Source: Bacteroidia bacterium
GTDB taxonomy: Bacteria; Bacteroidota; Bacteroidia; Bacteroidales; BM520
NCBI GenBank assembly: GCA_009930445.1
Contig: RZYD01000002.1
Coordinates: 1-41,249 of the forward strand
DNA: 41,249 nucleotides
Direction of reading: 5' to 3'
Shown: positions 17,901-24,753 of the stretch, one piece after another
Position numbering within the stretch: the stretch's first letter is position 1
Layout of the letters: each line of letters opens with the position of its first letter
Position numbers and translations under genes: made by a program
The notes under the pieces: generated by a model
The model's database searches: none
Seen by the model: the letters and a program-made list of their open reading frames with translations, nothing else
Told to the model about the DNA's origin: nothing

Positions 17901-19384
17901 TTCCGGCTATCTCCTGATACAACAGCCTTATCAACCAGATCATCAGTGAAATTCAAATGAGAAATGCCTGCACAATTGATAAAAAATGCTCCTCCAGAAG
18001 TTACTGATTCCGAATGGTAGATATTGCCATGCGATTCCAATTCCTGCATGGCTCCACCGATTTCAACACTTATAAGTCCGCCATAAGCTAAGGTTATCTG
18101 ATGAGAAAACACATTTTGCTGAAGATGCATAGCCCCAACAACACCGGCATCCGCATCCAAACGCAAGAAACTACCCGGATCCCGTGCCGTATTGTGAAGA
18201 ATTGTATTCCCTGAAAGCAAAATACTATCCAGGGTAAAAAACTCCGTTAGAAAAAAGATATTCCCCACATTCCCGGAATACTCAGAATCCACAACTGAAA
18301 GCCCATACTGACCTGGAATACAGTAATATAAAGAAGTAAAATTTGCTCCCGCCTCTTTTAAATCAATCCCTTCAATGGTATCATTATGAACAATAATCGC
18401 ATCACTTTCGATGGAAAATAAATACTTAAAAGCCAAATTTACCGATGAAGATATCGTGTTTTCCGACAGCGTAACCTGGTCACAATGGGTAAGGTAAAGC
18501 ACCCGGCCTGAATTCACAACTTGGTTACGGGAAAAGGAAAACGCTTCCAATGCAGTATTTCCGTGAATAGCGACAAAATGTGGTTCATTGGTTATTGACT
18601 GCACCGAATGAATCAGGTTATCCGTTACAGCGATTGTGGTAAGCACAGGATTCTCTGTTAAAGAAAGGAAAGAAACCGGTAGGTAAGAATTTGTGATTTG
18701 ATTTCCAGTAAACTGAAAGGAGGCAAGCTGGGTAATAGAGGCCGCAAGACCTCCCTGACAATTTTCGAAGGTGTTTGCTTCGACTATTAAATCAGATATT
18801 GAAAAATTTTGGTAGAGATTAATGGTATAACCCGCAACCGTATGAAAAGAACAGGAGGCTATACGCAAATTGGTTTCCGGACAACCTGATTGCAAAACAA
18901 TTCCATTGGAATTGATATTTTCAAAATGACAGAAGGTGATATCTTCTATCCCATTATTTACCGAAACCGCTGCGCCGGCTTCTTCAGCAATATCTTTTAT
19001 CGTCAGGTAACGCAATACTGAAGTACGGGCATTCCTTTTTGCATTAAAAAGCCGGATGCCGTTCCAATACGTAGATTGTTGTTCCGGAGAGGAGAGCACA
19101 ATTTGTTGTTCAGGCTCACCCGCTGCCAGAAAGACACCCGCCACATCCATTCGTTTGCCTGAAAAAAACTGCACCTGAGTTCCGGGCATCAGTTGCAGGG
19201 TATCTTCATCAGCTACCGTTATATTAACAGTAACTATATAGAGTGTATCCGCATACCACTTACCGGAAACGTTGGGCGTATTGATATATATTGTATCATT
19301 TACAATGGAGGATAATACTACGGCAGATTTTAATACCAGAAAGATAAAAAGAAGAAAGGTGTGCCTGAAAAACACTTTTTTCAT
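11906..19384 (-). CDS. Giant T9SS-secreted parallel-beta-helix adhesin-like protein with polymorphic-membrane-protein (Pmp) type repeats
   Basis: The ORF is 2492 aa with the signal peptide 'MKKVFFRHTFLLFIFLVLKSAVVLS'. It has dozens of 'F(S/T/Q)xC xx xxx GGA(I/V/L/F)(Y/F/S)' units, such as 'FSDCSATNDGGAVFL', 'FQNCNAKGDGGAMSL', 'FSDCRASNRGGAFSF' and 'FNSCNAGFNGGALYV'. The C-terminal T9SS sorting domain reads 'VNIFPNPANDLLTIAH...GGYMVVVISENGKTAQLIIKE' (about nt 11909-12145). Confidence 0.85.
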   Translation of the reverse strand: MKKVFFRHTFLLFIFLVLKSAVVLSSIVNDTIYINTPNVSGKWYADTLYIVTVNITVADEDTLQLMPGTQVQFFSGKRMDVAGVFLAAGEPEQQIVLSSPEQQSTYWNGIRLFNAKRNARTSVLRYLTIKDIAEEAGAAVSVNNGIEDITFCHFENINSNGIVLQSGCPETNLRIASCSFHTVAGYTINLYQNFSISDLIVEANTFENCQGGLAASITQLASFQFTGNQITNSYLPVSFLSLTENPVLTTIAVTDNLIHSVQSITNEPHFVAIHGNTALEAFSFSRNQVVNSGRVLYLTHCDQVTLSENTISSSVNLAFKYLFSIESDAIIVHNDTIEGIDLKEAGANFTSLYYCIPGQYGLSVVDSEYSGNVGNIFFLTEFFTLDSILLSGNTILHNTARDPGSFLRLDADAGVVGAMHLQQNVFSHQITLAYGGLISVEIGGAMQELESHGNIYHSESVTSGGAFFINCAGISHLNFTDDLVDKAVVSGDSRNPEDHTGGFLALYTLNSPDSILFSGCTFDSCYAPGNGGMAHIQISGEGTPLSSLRFENDTLGLASSHYGDGGFLSLISSGAIGTLEFHGFSTTNTQQNEAQSGGFLFLDVQEGPAIFNFHDNTLSDFTAHNHGGFIAIHSVGDAGSIRLVNNYWQNTEESVGPQPQYGGAFTLICHSAGEFLMENNTFSYLSSASDGGAIYLQVPQAIGKVEIKSNSFSYCHSGGNGGGVFLETGDDFSELFVVDDNTCDHLNSALNGGFLYVNNQEGSLHRGIRIKNNGFSHCRSITNGSGGALFFQSTAISDTVTLLNTTFSDCSATNDGGAVFLSAGYIHSLLVNGDGEAGFQRCAALQGSGGGIYLSSWQEGLARIQFRDILADGGNDMLNAQESGGLFYISSNGNLTFPLELSGLNCRNWSAEMDGGTIYMDFHAHNVLDSLLVSSCSFEFCKAMNDAASGGAVTLKAAEFFHPIIFKNDYFNTCSAGASGGAVYLSAQRMTTVQITDNAPGFLNCSARNSEGGAMAVSLNGVINGDIIVRGNTFDGGVNLHNSGGNGGALSFSGVTAIHGDFVADTNIFKNLTATSDGGAVYLVCSEGQGLQSIGFTRNTFDNCRSVDGSGGAVYGVAQSGPLSSLILDSNTFLGNETAPVSAGEHGGGLFLEAPGGLLSSLHITNNRFHGTKAQQHGGALMIELHNGNLMGGINLNNNQFSATEACEGEGGAIYLQAGVVDGDFSMVMTQFQNCNAKGDGGAMSLKTKTLKQIELSGSTGLPMFQNCRSVTGSGGALHFSFDHAFEGFTLAGAQLTDCFSGANGGGVYLHAGLPVNGSIRIEDNEFTEVSSVMHGGGICIDLPDASLQQGAIVSRNSFTDCFSSGDSSAGGAFSLISGDITHGVRVTSNLFSSCVADHGGAVSIIAASLDSLLVQDQKDGYGFLECRAGNGNGGALNLVTTEGDVHYIAIQNNRFLGFSQGFSGSNGGAFGAFLSGNLTEMILDGNDFSSLSVQSRGGALSITVPVTGRTASIVSTQNIFSDCRASNRGGAFSFSGGAFEEFFVHDCSFENVVVTQGNGGAISLEGNPGRIDFVDNSFYGCYAGFLNPELEGHGGSLYINASEGLNSETYMLRNTFDASDNFSALGGAVYTDHVFEINVNNCQFNRLSVTGNGGAFFTTEAGIVTMQNSSFNSCNAGFNGGALYVVNSGGLGLLALDEVVFENNRAGLTGGAVSSSGFLEVAIGHTRFFQNAVENTIDADFGGGALFVSDVLHAHVFATRFFDNYAENFLPGASSRGGGLYFNSCENVSLQNNEIRFNRASIGGGVCIIDDIKSMISGNQFILNAAINGGAVFADSYFSDIDSLILSDNHFIRNSMGYRGGGLFSGHNNTCLFRNIFIRNFGISSSSGVRGSSVYLSPLVNNAAIYNSVFDRNEDDDQRLADNATVFLDASGTTTANRLRLEMGNCTFLNNWPYAAHAIYNKREEDSVLVYNSIFQGNLLQNDSLFNTSSVITRFCRLEGRLFEGAHEAVLTPFPYLLENGTYKLLPESFFIDQGDSTLAYDDYAFPPGQGTLVNDAGHTGGPHNSFCSTCLIKPESWTYNDSLVVVRTDCNQYHISFYHSQATEFDHFAWYIDGMKYTTEENSLSLEYAVERNTQLLAVASQSGDEAIMVGRAWIYNLEIVHDGLSVAYQPDGHGISDPAKDADVVISYANDCLENITIKGTLNGLKIPDISSYQYQWFFTASEGISGIDLNPLDEDECWVTFTIDKAFYMSDQLNALLFYSGEDQCGLKCSDTLKIHFIPEGFLPLEVTAVTPENGSSVVYNQFISIALSLNQEPGYHHNGTYEILPQHEDLSHLNLFELREEETLVPMDSVFLRLQDGVWFFELFPDTSRITYDRVYTLQLSDNLITKCGWSPEPFSYAVNTVRTGNTAYELKVNIFPNPANDLLTIAHQQITSGVLKVYNFTGECLVSTPLSPNGKTRVFLSGWPSGGYMVVVISENGKTAQLIIKE
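13690..17950 (-). repeat. Protein-level array of roughly three dozen GGA/FxxN (Pmp-type) beta-helix repeats within the giant CDS
   Basis: I counted about 38 GG[AG][ILVFM]-type motifs between roughly aa 480 and 1900. The boundaries are approximate. The repeats are diverged at the DNA level, so this is not a tandem DNA repeat. Confidence 0.7.
14791..14799 (-). repeat. C9 homopolymer (G9 on the coding strand) inside the giant adhesin CDS
   Basis: Counted directly: 'aaaatg ccccccccc t'. It encodes the residues R-G-G-A of 'ASNRGGAFSF', about codon 1529. Confidence 0.95.
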
Positions 19385-19526
19385 GATCGCAGTTTTATTT
19401 TACACTTCACAATTAAAGTGGCATCCGGCCAAAAAACCGGCACAAAAACCCAATACTGCTGATCTTAGTTGCAAAGCGTCATATGCATTGAATTCTGTAT
19501 AGCCGTTGCCAAAAATCTTTACCCGC

Positions 19527-19534
19527 CAAATTTA
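19527..19534 (-). promoter_or_regulatory. Candidate Bacteroidota sigma-A -7 box (TAAATTTG on the minus strand) for the adhesin operon
   Basis: The plus strand reads 'caaattta', which matches TAnnTTTG on the minus strand. It lies about 145 nt upstream of the ATG at 19384. This is a motif match only. Confidence 0.35.
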
Positions 19535-19773
19535 TCACATTTCCATTAGAACGCAAAGAAATCATTTTGAATAAGATAAAATTATCTCCATGGGCGATGT
19601 ATAAAAATCACAAAACCGATTTTTACAATACAGGCAAAAAGCAAACTATTGATGAAGCTATCGTTGGATTCAAATATGATTTAAACAAACTGACAGGTCA
19701 GACTGTTCCTAAAAAGAGAAACCGAAATTGTCTAAAAAACAATATGAAAGGTACAACTATGACAAAAATTTTT

Positions 19774-19781
19774 TATATTTG
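19774..19781 (+). promoter_or_regulatory. Candidate -7 box (TATATTTG) for the TPR lipoprotein gene
   Basis: It matches TAnnTTTG and lies 62 nt upstream of the ATG at 19843. It sits inside the track ORF's N-terminal extension, which argues that the extension is non-coding. Confidence 0.5.
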
Positions 19782-19842
19782 CACTACCAAAAGTAGTTAT
19801 GAATCAATAAATCATAGTAATAATACTAAAAGCCATTCCATT

Positions 19843-21612
19843 ATGAAAAAAAGTTACATTAAGCTTCTGCCTGTTCTACTGCTTGTAGTAGGTATGATGT
19901 CTGGTTGTGTATCTACGAAAATGCCTGGTTCTTACACTGTTGAGCCAGAGACGCTGGAAAACAACGGAGGTAAAATCGCCGTTAAAGTAGAAGGCACCGT
20001 ACCAGAGAAATCTTTCCATAAAAAAGCTGTAGTTGAATTCACTCCCGTGATTAAATACGACGGAAAAGAAAAAGAACTGAAATCCATCACTTTAAAAGGC
20101 GAAAAAGCCGAAGGCGAGGGAAAAGTCATTAACACAAAAGAAGGTGGCAGTTTTGATTACAGTACAGTAATTGATTATGAACCCGGTATGGAAGAAGCCG
20201 TTCTGGTGGTTCAACCAAAAATTACCCAGAAAAACAAATCCATCGAAACCCCTGAAGTGACGCTTGCAGAAGGAACCATTATGACCGCACAGTTTGTAAT
20301 GCATGATGAAGATATTTGGTTTGCTTCACGCGAAAATGCCGAAAAACTGGGCATGAAAACCGATGAATATTACGAACTGGTTACTTTGGTGGATCAATCC
20401 GCCACTTTCTATTTTCAGGTAAATCTTGCCAACATCAACGAAAACCTGAAACTGAACAAAGAAATGCAGGTGAAAGGTCAGTTGAATGAACTAAAAAGCT
20501 TTATCGATAAAGGATGGGAAATCAAAACCATTGAAATTAATGCCTATGCTTCACCCGAAGGAGAAGAGTCGTTCAATGAGGGTCTTTCTGCACGGCGTGC
20601 GGAATCGGGCAATAAAATCCTTGCTCAACTTTTCAAAGAATTAAAGAAAGATAAAAATTCAAACGTAAAAGTTGATAATCCCGAAGAAGTATACACCATT
20701 TCCAAAAAAGGGCTGGGCGAAGACTGGAACGGATTTTTAAAAGCGGTACAGACCTCAAACCTGGACGATAAAAGTGTGATCCTTAACGTGGTTAATTCTC
20801 AAAATAACCCACTAAAAAAAGAACAGGAAATCAGAAATATGACTTTGGTTTACAGCGAAATAGAAGAAGAAATCCTGCCTCCACTCCGCCGCGTTGAAAT
20901 TAAAGTGATTTGCTACGAACCCAAGAAAAGTGCAGAAGAAATTGCTACCCTTGCCACCACCGCACCCGAACAACTCTCGCTCAAAGAACTGATCTATGCC
21001 GGTACATTAACCGACGACCTTAACACAAAACTTCAGATCTTTAAATCAGCGGCTGATTTATTCCCTAACGATTGGAAAGCACTGAATAACGTCGGCGCCA
21101 CCTATCTCAAAATGAATAAAACAGAAGAGGCAATCGCATCGATCCAAAAAGCCAACGAACTTGATGCCAATAACCCGATGGTGGTTAATAATATGGGAGT
21201 TATCGCCAGTAAATCCAACGATTTCGATAACGCCGTTTCCCTCTTTAATAAAGCAAAAGGATTGGGCGTGGATGAAACCTATAACCTCGCAATTATCGAC
21301 ATTGTTAAAGGAAAATATAGCAGCGCAGCCACTGCCCTGAATAATAAAGATTGCAACTATAACAAAGCACTCGTTCAGGTATTGGATGGCAACTATGACG
21401 TAGCTTCCAAAACGCTCAAGTGTTCCGAAGAAACCTGTATGAGCAATTATCTTATGGCCGTTATTGCAGCCCGCACCGACAACCAGTCTACTATGATTGA
21501 ATACCTGGCAAAAGCCATTCGCATGGAGCCAAAAATGAAAGCTAAAGCCGCTGCAGACCGAGAATTCCTTAAATTCTTCGAAGTACCGGCCTTTATGGAA
21601 CTTGTAAAATAA
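19843..21612 (+). CDS. Lipoprotein with an OmpA-like segment and C-terminal TPR repeats
   Basis: I moved the start from the track's 19567 (TTG) to the in-frame ATG at 19843, giving 'MKKSYIKLLPVLLLVVGMMSGC' (a lipobox, MSGC). 'INAYASPEGEESFNEGLSARRAESG' resembles the OmpA-family peptidoglycan-binding motif. TPR-like repeats are visible, for example 'ALNNVGATYLKMNKTEEAIASIQKANELDANNP'. Confidence 0.7.
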   Translation: MKKSYIKLLPVLLLVVGMMSGCVSTKMPGSYTVEPETLENNGGKIAVKVEGTVPEKSFHKKAVVEFTPVIKYDGKEKELKSITLKGEKAEGEGKVINTKEGGSFDYSTVIDYEPGMEEAVLVVQPKITQKNKSIETPEVTLAEGTIMTAQFVMHDEDIWFASRENAEKLGMKTDEYYELVTLVDQSATFYFQVNLANINENLKLNKEMQVKGQLNELKSFIDKGWEIKTIEINAYASPEGEESFNEGLSARRAESGNKILAQLFKELKKDKNSNVKVDNPEEVYTISKKGLGEDWNGFLKAVQTSNLDDKSVILNVVNSQNNPLKKEQEIRNMTLVYSEIEEEILPPLRRVEIKVICYEPKKSAEEIATLATTAPEQLSLKELIYAGTLTDDLNTKLQIFKSAADLFPNDWKALNNVGATYLKMNKTEEAIASIQKANELDANNPMVVNNMGVIASKSNDFDNAVSLFNKAKGLGVDETYNLAIIDIVKGKYSSAATALNNKDCNYNKALVQVLDGNYDVASKTLKCSEETCMSNYLMAVIAARTDNQSTMIEYLAKAIRMEPKMKAKAAADREFLKFFEVPAFMELVK

Positions 21613-21626
21613 TTCTTGCTCTACAC

Positions 21627-21663
21627 AAAAAAGCTGTCCTGATGAGTTGGGACAGCTTTTTTT
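21627..21663. terminator. Bidirectional rho-independent terminator between convergent genes
   Basis: The stem 'agctgtcc' (21632-21639) pairs with 'ggacagct' (21650-21657). An A-run precedes it and a T-run follows it, so it reads as a terminator on both strands. Confidence 0.8.
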
Positions 21664-21685
21664 ATGGCTATTAAGGATATACTTG

Positions 21686-22318
21686 TTATACTTTCACCCG
21701 ACTAATCCCAACCGGCCAATCATCAAGAAGCAACGCCTTCATTCGTTGATAATCAGATTCTCTGGCCACAAAATCAACTGAATTGGTATCAATAATCACA
21801 ATCCGTTGTTGCGTTTGTTGCCGCATATAATCAAAATAACCCGTTTGTATGCGTTGTAAATATTCGGCTGATATATGCTGCTCATAATCACGACCCCGCT
21901 GATGAATATTGCCAAGCAACCGGTCGATATCGGAATACAGATAAACCAGCAATTGGGGTTGAGGCAGATTCGCTTCTATGATCTGATACAAACGTGAATA
22001 CAATGCCAGTTCATCGCCTTTTAGTGTTCGTTGAGCAAATATTAACGACTTTGTAATAAAATAATCGGATACGGTAAACAAATGAAACAACTCCTGACTG
22101 CTTAATTTATCCATCAATTGTTGATACCGCGAAGCAAGAAACGATAATTCCAGCGGAAAGGCATACTTCTCCTGATTTTTATAAAATTTGGGTAAAAAAG
22201 GATTATCTTCAAACTGTTCCAGAATCAGCTTTCCTTCAAATTCGGCGGCAATCCGCGAGGCTAACGTTGTTTTCCCCGCACCAATACACCCCTCAATAGC
22301 AATATAACTATACTCCAT
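21686..22318 (-). CDS. Deoxynucleoside kinase (dAK/dGK/dCK family)
   Basis: The ORF is 210 aa. It has the P-loop 'IAIEGCIGAGKTTLA' and 'LEQFEDNPFLPKFY', typical of the dNK family. The ATG lies 2 nt after the folK stop. Confidence 0.85.
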   Translation of the reverse strand: MEYSYIAIEGCIGAGKTTLASRIAAEFEGKLILEQFEDNPFLPKFYKNQEKYAFPLELSFLASRYQQLMDKLSSQELFHLFTVSDYFITKSLIFAQRTLKGDELALYSRLYQIIEANLPQPQLLVYLYSDIDRLLGNIHQRGRDYEQHISAEYLQRIQTGYFDYMRQQTQQRIVIIDTNSVDFVARESDYQRMKALLLDDWPVGISRVKV

Positions 22319-22320
22319 AT

Positions 22321-22824
22321 CTATTCATTTTCATCGACTCGTTTTACCGGCAACGGATCGTTGCATTGGTTCAACAACGCAGTAATCGTGCAGTGCAATT
22401 CAGGGTGCAGAAAATCAGGCAGCACCTCTGCCAGCGGAACCAGCACAAACCTCCGCGATGCAATCCGGGCATGGGGCAGCGTCAACGCGTTCTCTTTTAC
22501 AATCCAGTCATTATAAAATAAAATATCAATATCGATGCTGCGCGATTGGTACCCTTTTCCCAAACTCCTTACCCGGCCCAGGGCACACTCGATTTCCTGC
22601 GTTTTTTTTAATACCTGACGCGGTGATAATACCGTTTCGATGACGAGTACCTGATTATAAAAATTGGGAACAACGGTGTCAAACCCCCAGGGAGCCGACT
22701 CATAAATGCCTGATTTCATGAGAATCGTACCAAGTTCTGTTTCCAGCTCCATACGACTGTGTTGCAGGGTAACGCTGCGATCGCCGAGATTTCCGCCTAA
22801 CAATACTACCACACGATTTTGCAT
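22321..22824 (-). CDS. folK: 2-amino-4-hydroxy-6-hydroxymethyldihydropteridine diphosphokinase
   Basis: It shows 'VVLLGGNLGDR', 'RSIDIDILFY' and 'LTLPHARIASRRFVLVPLAEV'. The track starts at a TTG (22830); I prefer the ATG at 22824. Confidence 0.9.
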   Translation of the reverse strand: MQNRVVVLLGGNLGDRSVTLQHSRMELETELGTILMKSGIYESAPWGFDTVVPNFYNQVLVIETVLSPRQVLKKTQEIECALGRVRSLGKGYQSRSIDIDILFYNDWIVKENALTLPHARIASRRFVLVPLAEVLPDFLHPELHCTITALLNQCNDPLPVKRVDENE

Positions 22825-22940
22825 ATCCAAAGGTACATTTTTTTACCACAGATGTAACTTTCCCGTAATTTGTATCGCCATATTTCATTTGCTATGAGGA
22901 TTTGCAGTATTTTTATCCTATCAATTTTAAAACATCACTT

Positions 22941-24698
22941 ATGAAAGATTTTCTGAAATTCACACTCGCTTCCATTATCGGTTGTTTGGTAGTTCTGCTT
23001 GTACTTTTTTTTATGACAGCCGGAATCATTGCCTCCCTTTCGAAAGAAAAAACAGTTCAGGTTGCTTCACAATCTATCCTGGAAATTAAACTGAATTATC
23101 CGGTTTCTGACCGTACTCCCATGGCTCCTGTTCCATTCTTTTCAGGAGATCTCATAATGCCTGTCGGGCTGAATGATATTCTCAAGAACATTGAGAAAGC
23201 TGAAAAGGATACCCGAATCAGTGGTATCTTTCTGAATATATCGATGCTGCAGGCAGGTATGGCCACAACGACTGAAATACGCAATGCACTTGAAAAATTT
23301 AAAAAATCAGGCAAATTTATTTATGCCTACAGTGAACGCTACACGCAAAAAGCATATTATCTGGCGTCAGTTGCCGATAAAATATTTTTAAATCCCATGG
23401 GAAGTCTCGAATTCAAAGGACTCAATGCGCAAGTCATGTTTTATAAAAATCTGCTTGAAAAGGTAGAAGTGGAAGTTCAGATTATCCGCCCGGAAGGAAA
23501 TAAATATAAAAGTGCAGTTGAACCTTTTTTCCTGGATCAAATGAGCCCGGCCAGTCGCGAACAGACTGAAAAATACATCACGGCCATCTGGGGCTCCATG
23601 CTCGAAGAAATTTCTTTGGCACGACAGCTCACCACCGATGAACTCAATAAAATGGCCGATGAACTTACCGGATTGGATGCAGAAAGAGCCCTGCAGGCGA
23701 ATTTAGTGGACGAACTCTATTATATCGACCAGGTGTACGATGCACTGGATGAAGCAACAGGAAAAACTCCCGACGGAAAAATCACTTCTATCCTTTTGGC
23801 AAAATACAGAAAAACTACAATAGCGGATAAAAAACCCTACACTGCTGATAAAATCGCCGTAATCTATGCCTCAGGCAATATTGTTGACGGCAAAGCCGAT
23901 GAAACTACCGTGGGTTCGGCAGACTTCATTAAAGCCATCAGGAAGGCCCGAATGGATGACCAGATTAAGGCTGTGGTCTTACGTGTAAATTCCCCCGGAG
24001 GAAGTGTAGTAGCCTCCGATGTGATTTTGCGTGAAATGCGCCTGTTAAAAAACGCTAAACCAGTAATCGCTTCCTATGGCGATGTGGCCGCTTCAGGAGG
24101 ATATTATATCAGCTGTTTTGCAGATACAATCGTCGCCATGCCAAATTCAATTACCGGATCCATAGGGATTTTCGGCCTGTTCCCAAACATGAAAGGACTT
24201 TTAAACAATAAAACAGGGATTACCACCGACCAGGTCAGCACCAATACAAACTCGGGGTTCCCTGATGTATTCAACCCGTTGAACGATTTTGAAATGCATG
24301 AGCTTCAACGAAATGTAACCGATGGTTACCATAACTTCACTGCCTTGGTGGCCGAAGGGCGCGGAATGCAACAGGAAGAAGTAGACAGAATCGGACAAGG
24401 TCGCGTTTGGGCCGGAAAAGATGCCATTACCCTGGGTCTGGTGGATGTTTTTGGCGGGCTCAATGAAGCAATAAGAATTGCCGCTCTGGCAGCCAACCTG
24501 GAAAACTACAAGATTCGTGAACTCCCTGATTTAAAAGATCCGTTCGAACAGGTAATGGACATGATCAGCGGAAACCCCTCTGAAGAACTCCTGCAAAATG
24601 TGCTGGGGATGCACTATTCCTGGTTTTCTATTCTTAAAAATATCGAAACCCTGGAAGGGATTCAGGCCCGGATGCCGTATGAAATAATTATCCATTAA
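22941..24698 (+). CDS. sppA: Signal peptide peptidase SppA, 67K (double S49 domain) type
   Basis: I moved the start to the ATG at 22941, giving 'MKDFLKFTLASIIGCLVVLLVLFF' (an N-terminal TM). It has 'VVLRVNSPGGSVVASD' and 'YGDVAASGGYYISC', the S49 serine-protease motifs. Confidence 0.9.
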   Translation: MKDFLKFTLASIIGCLVVLLVLFFMTAGIIASLSKEKTVQVASQSILEIKLNYPVSDRTPMAPVPFFSGDLIMPVGLNDILKNIEKAEKDTRISGIFLNISMLQAGMATTTEIRNALEKFKKSGKFIYAYSERYTQKAYYLASVADKIFLNPMGSLEFKGLNAQVMFYKNLLEKVEVEVQIIRPEGNKYKSAVEPFFLDQMSPASREQTEKYITAIWGSMLEEISLARQLTTDELNKMADELTGLDAERALQANLVDELYYIDQVYDALDEATGKTPDGKITSILLAKYRKTTIADKKPYTADKIAVIYASGNIVDGKADETTVGSADFIKAIRKARMDDQIKAVVLRVNSPGGSVVASDVILREMRLLKNAKPVIASYGDVAASGGYYISCFADTIVAMPNSITGSIGIFGLFPNMKGLLNNKTGITTDQVSTNTNSGFPDVFNPLNDFEMHELQRNVTDGYHNFTALVAEGRGMQQEEVDRIGQGRVWAGKDAITLGLVDVFGGLNEAIRIAALAANLENYKIRELPDLKDPFEQVMDMISGNPSEELLQNVLGMHYSWFSILKNIETLEGIQARMPYEIIIH

Positions 24699-24710
24699 CC
24701 GTACCCAAAC

Positions 24711-24742
24711 AGGCCCTGTGCACATTATGGCGCACAGGGCCT
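24711..24742 (+). terminator. GC-rich hairpin between sppA and the cyclo-ligase gene, a possible terminator or attenuator
   Basis: An 11-bp perfect stem forms between 'aggccctgtgc' and 'gcacagggcct', with a 10-nt loop. There is no clear U-tract downstream, so its function is uncertain. Confidence 0.35.
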
Positions 24743-24753
24743 TATAATGCCCT

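Noticed and set aside
13690-17950. The highly periodic region in the giant gene, considered as a possible CRISPR array or DNA tandem repeat
   Set aside because: The periodicity is at the protein level (GGA/FxxN beta-helix rungs of variable length). I saw no conserved DNA repeat units or spacer architecture, and the region is one continuous open reading frame.
19567-19842. A 92-aa N-terminal extension of the TPR lipoprotein ORF (TTG start)
   Set aside because: The extension has no signal peptide and is Asn/Lys-rich. It contains a good -7 promoter box. A canonical 'MKK...SGC' lipoprotein signal begins at the internal ATG at 19843.
21686-22824. The folK-deoxynucleoside kinase pair as something unusual
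   Set aside because: A 2-nt spacing simply indicates a small housekeeping operon. Both proteins have complete canonical motifs, and nothing looks anomalous.
22828-22835. A TACCTTTG -7-like box (minus strand) at the folK start
   Set aside because: It overlaps or abuts the start codon (4 nt from the ATG at 22824), so any TSS would fall inside the coding sequence. It is probably a chance match.
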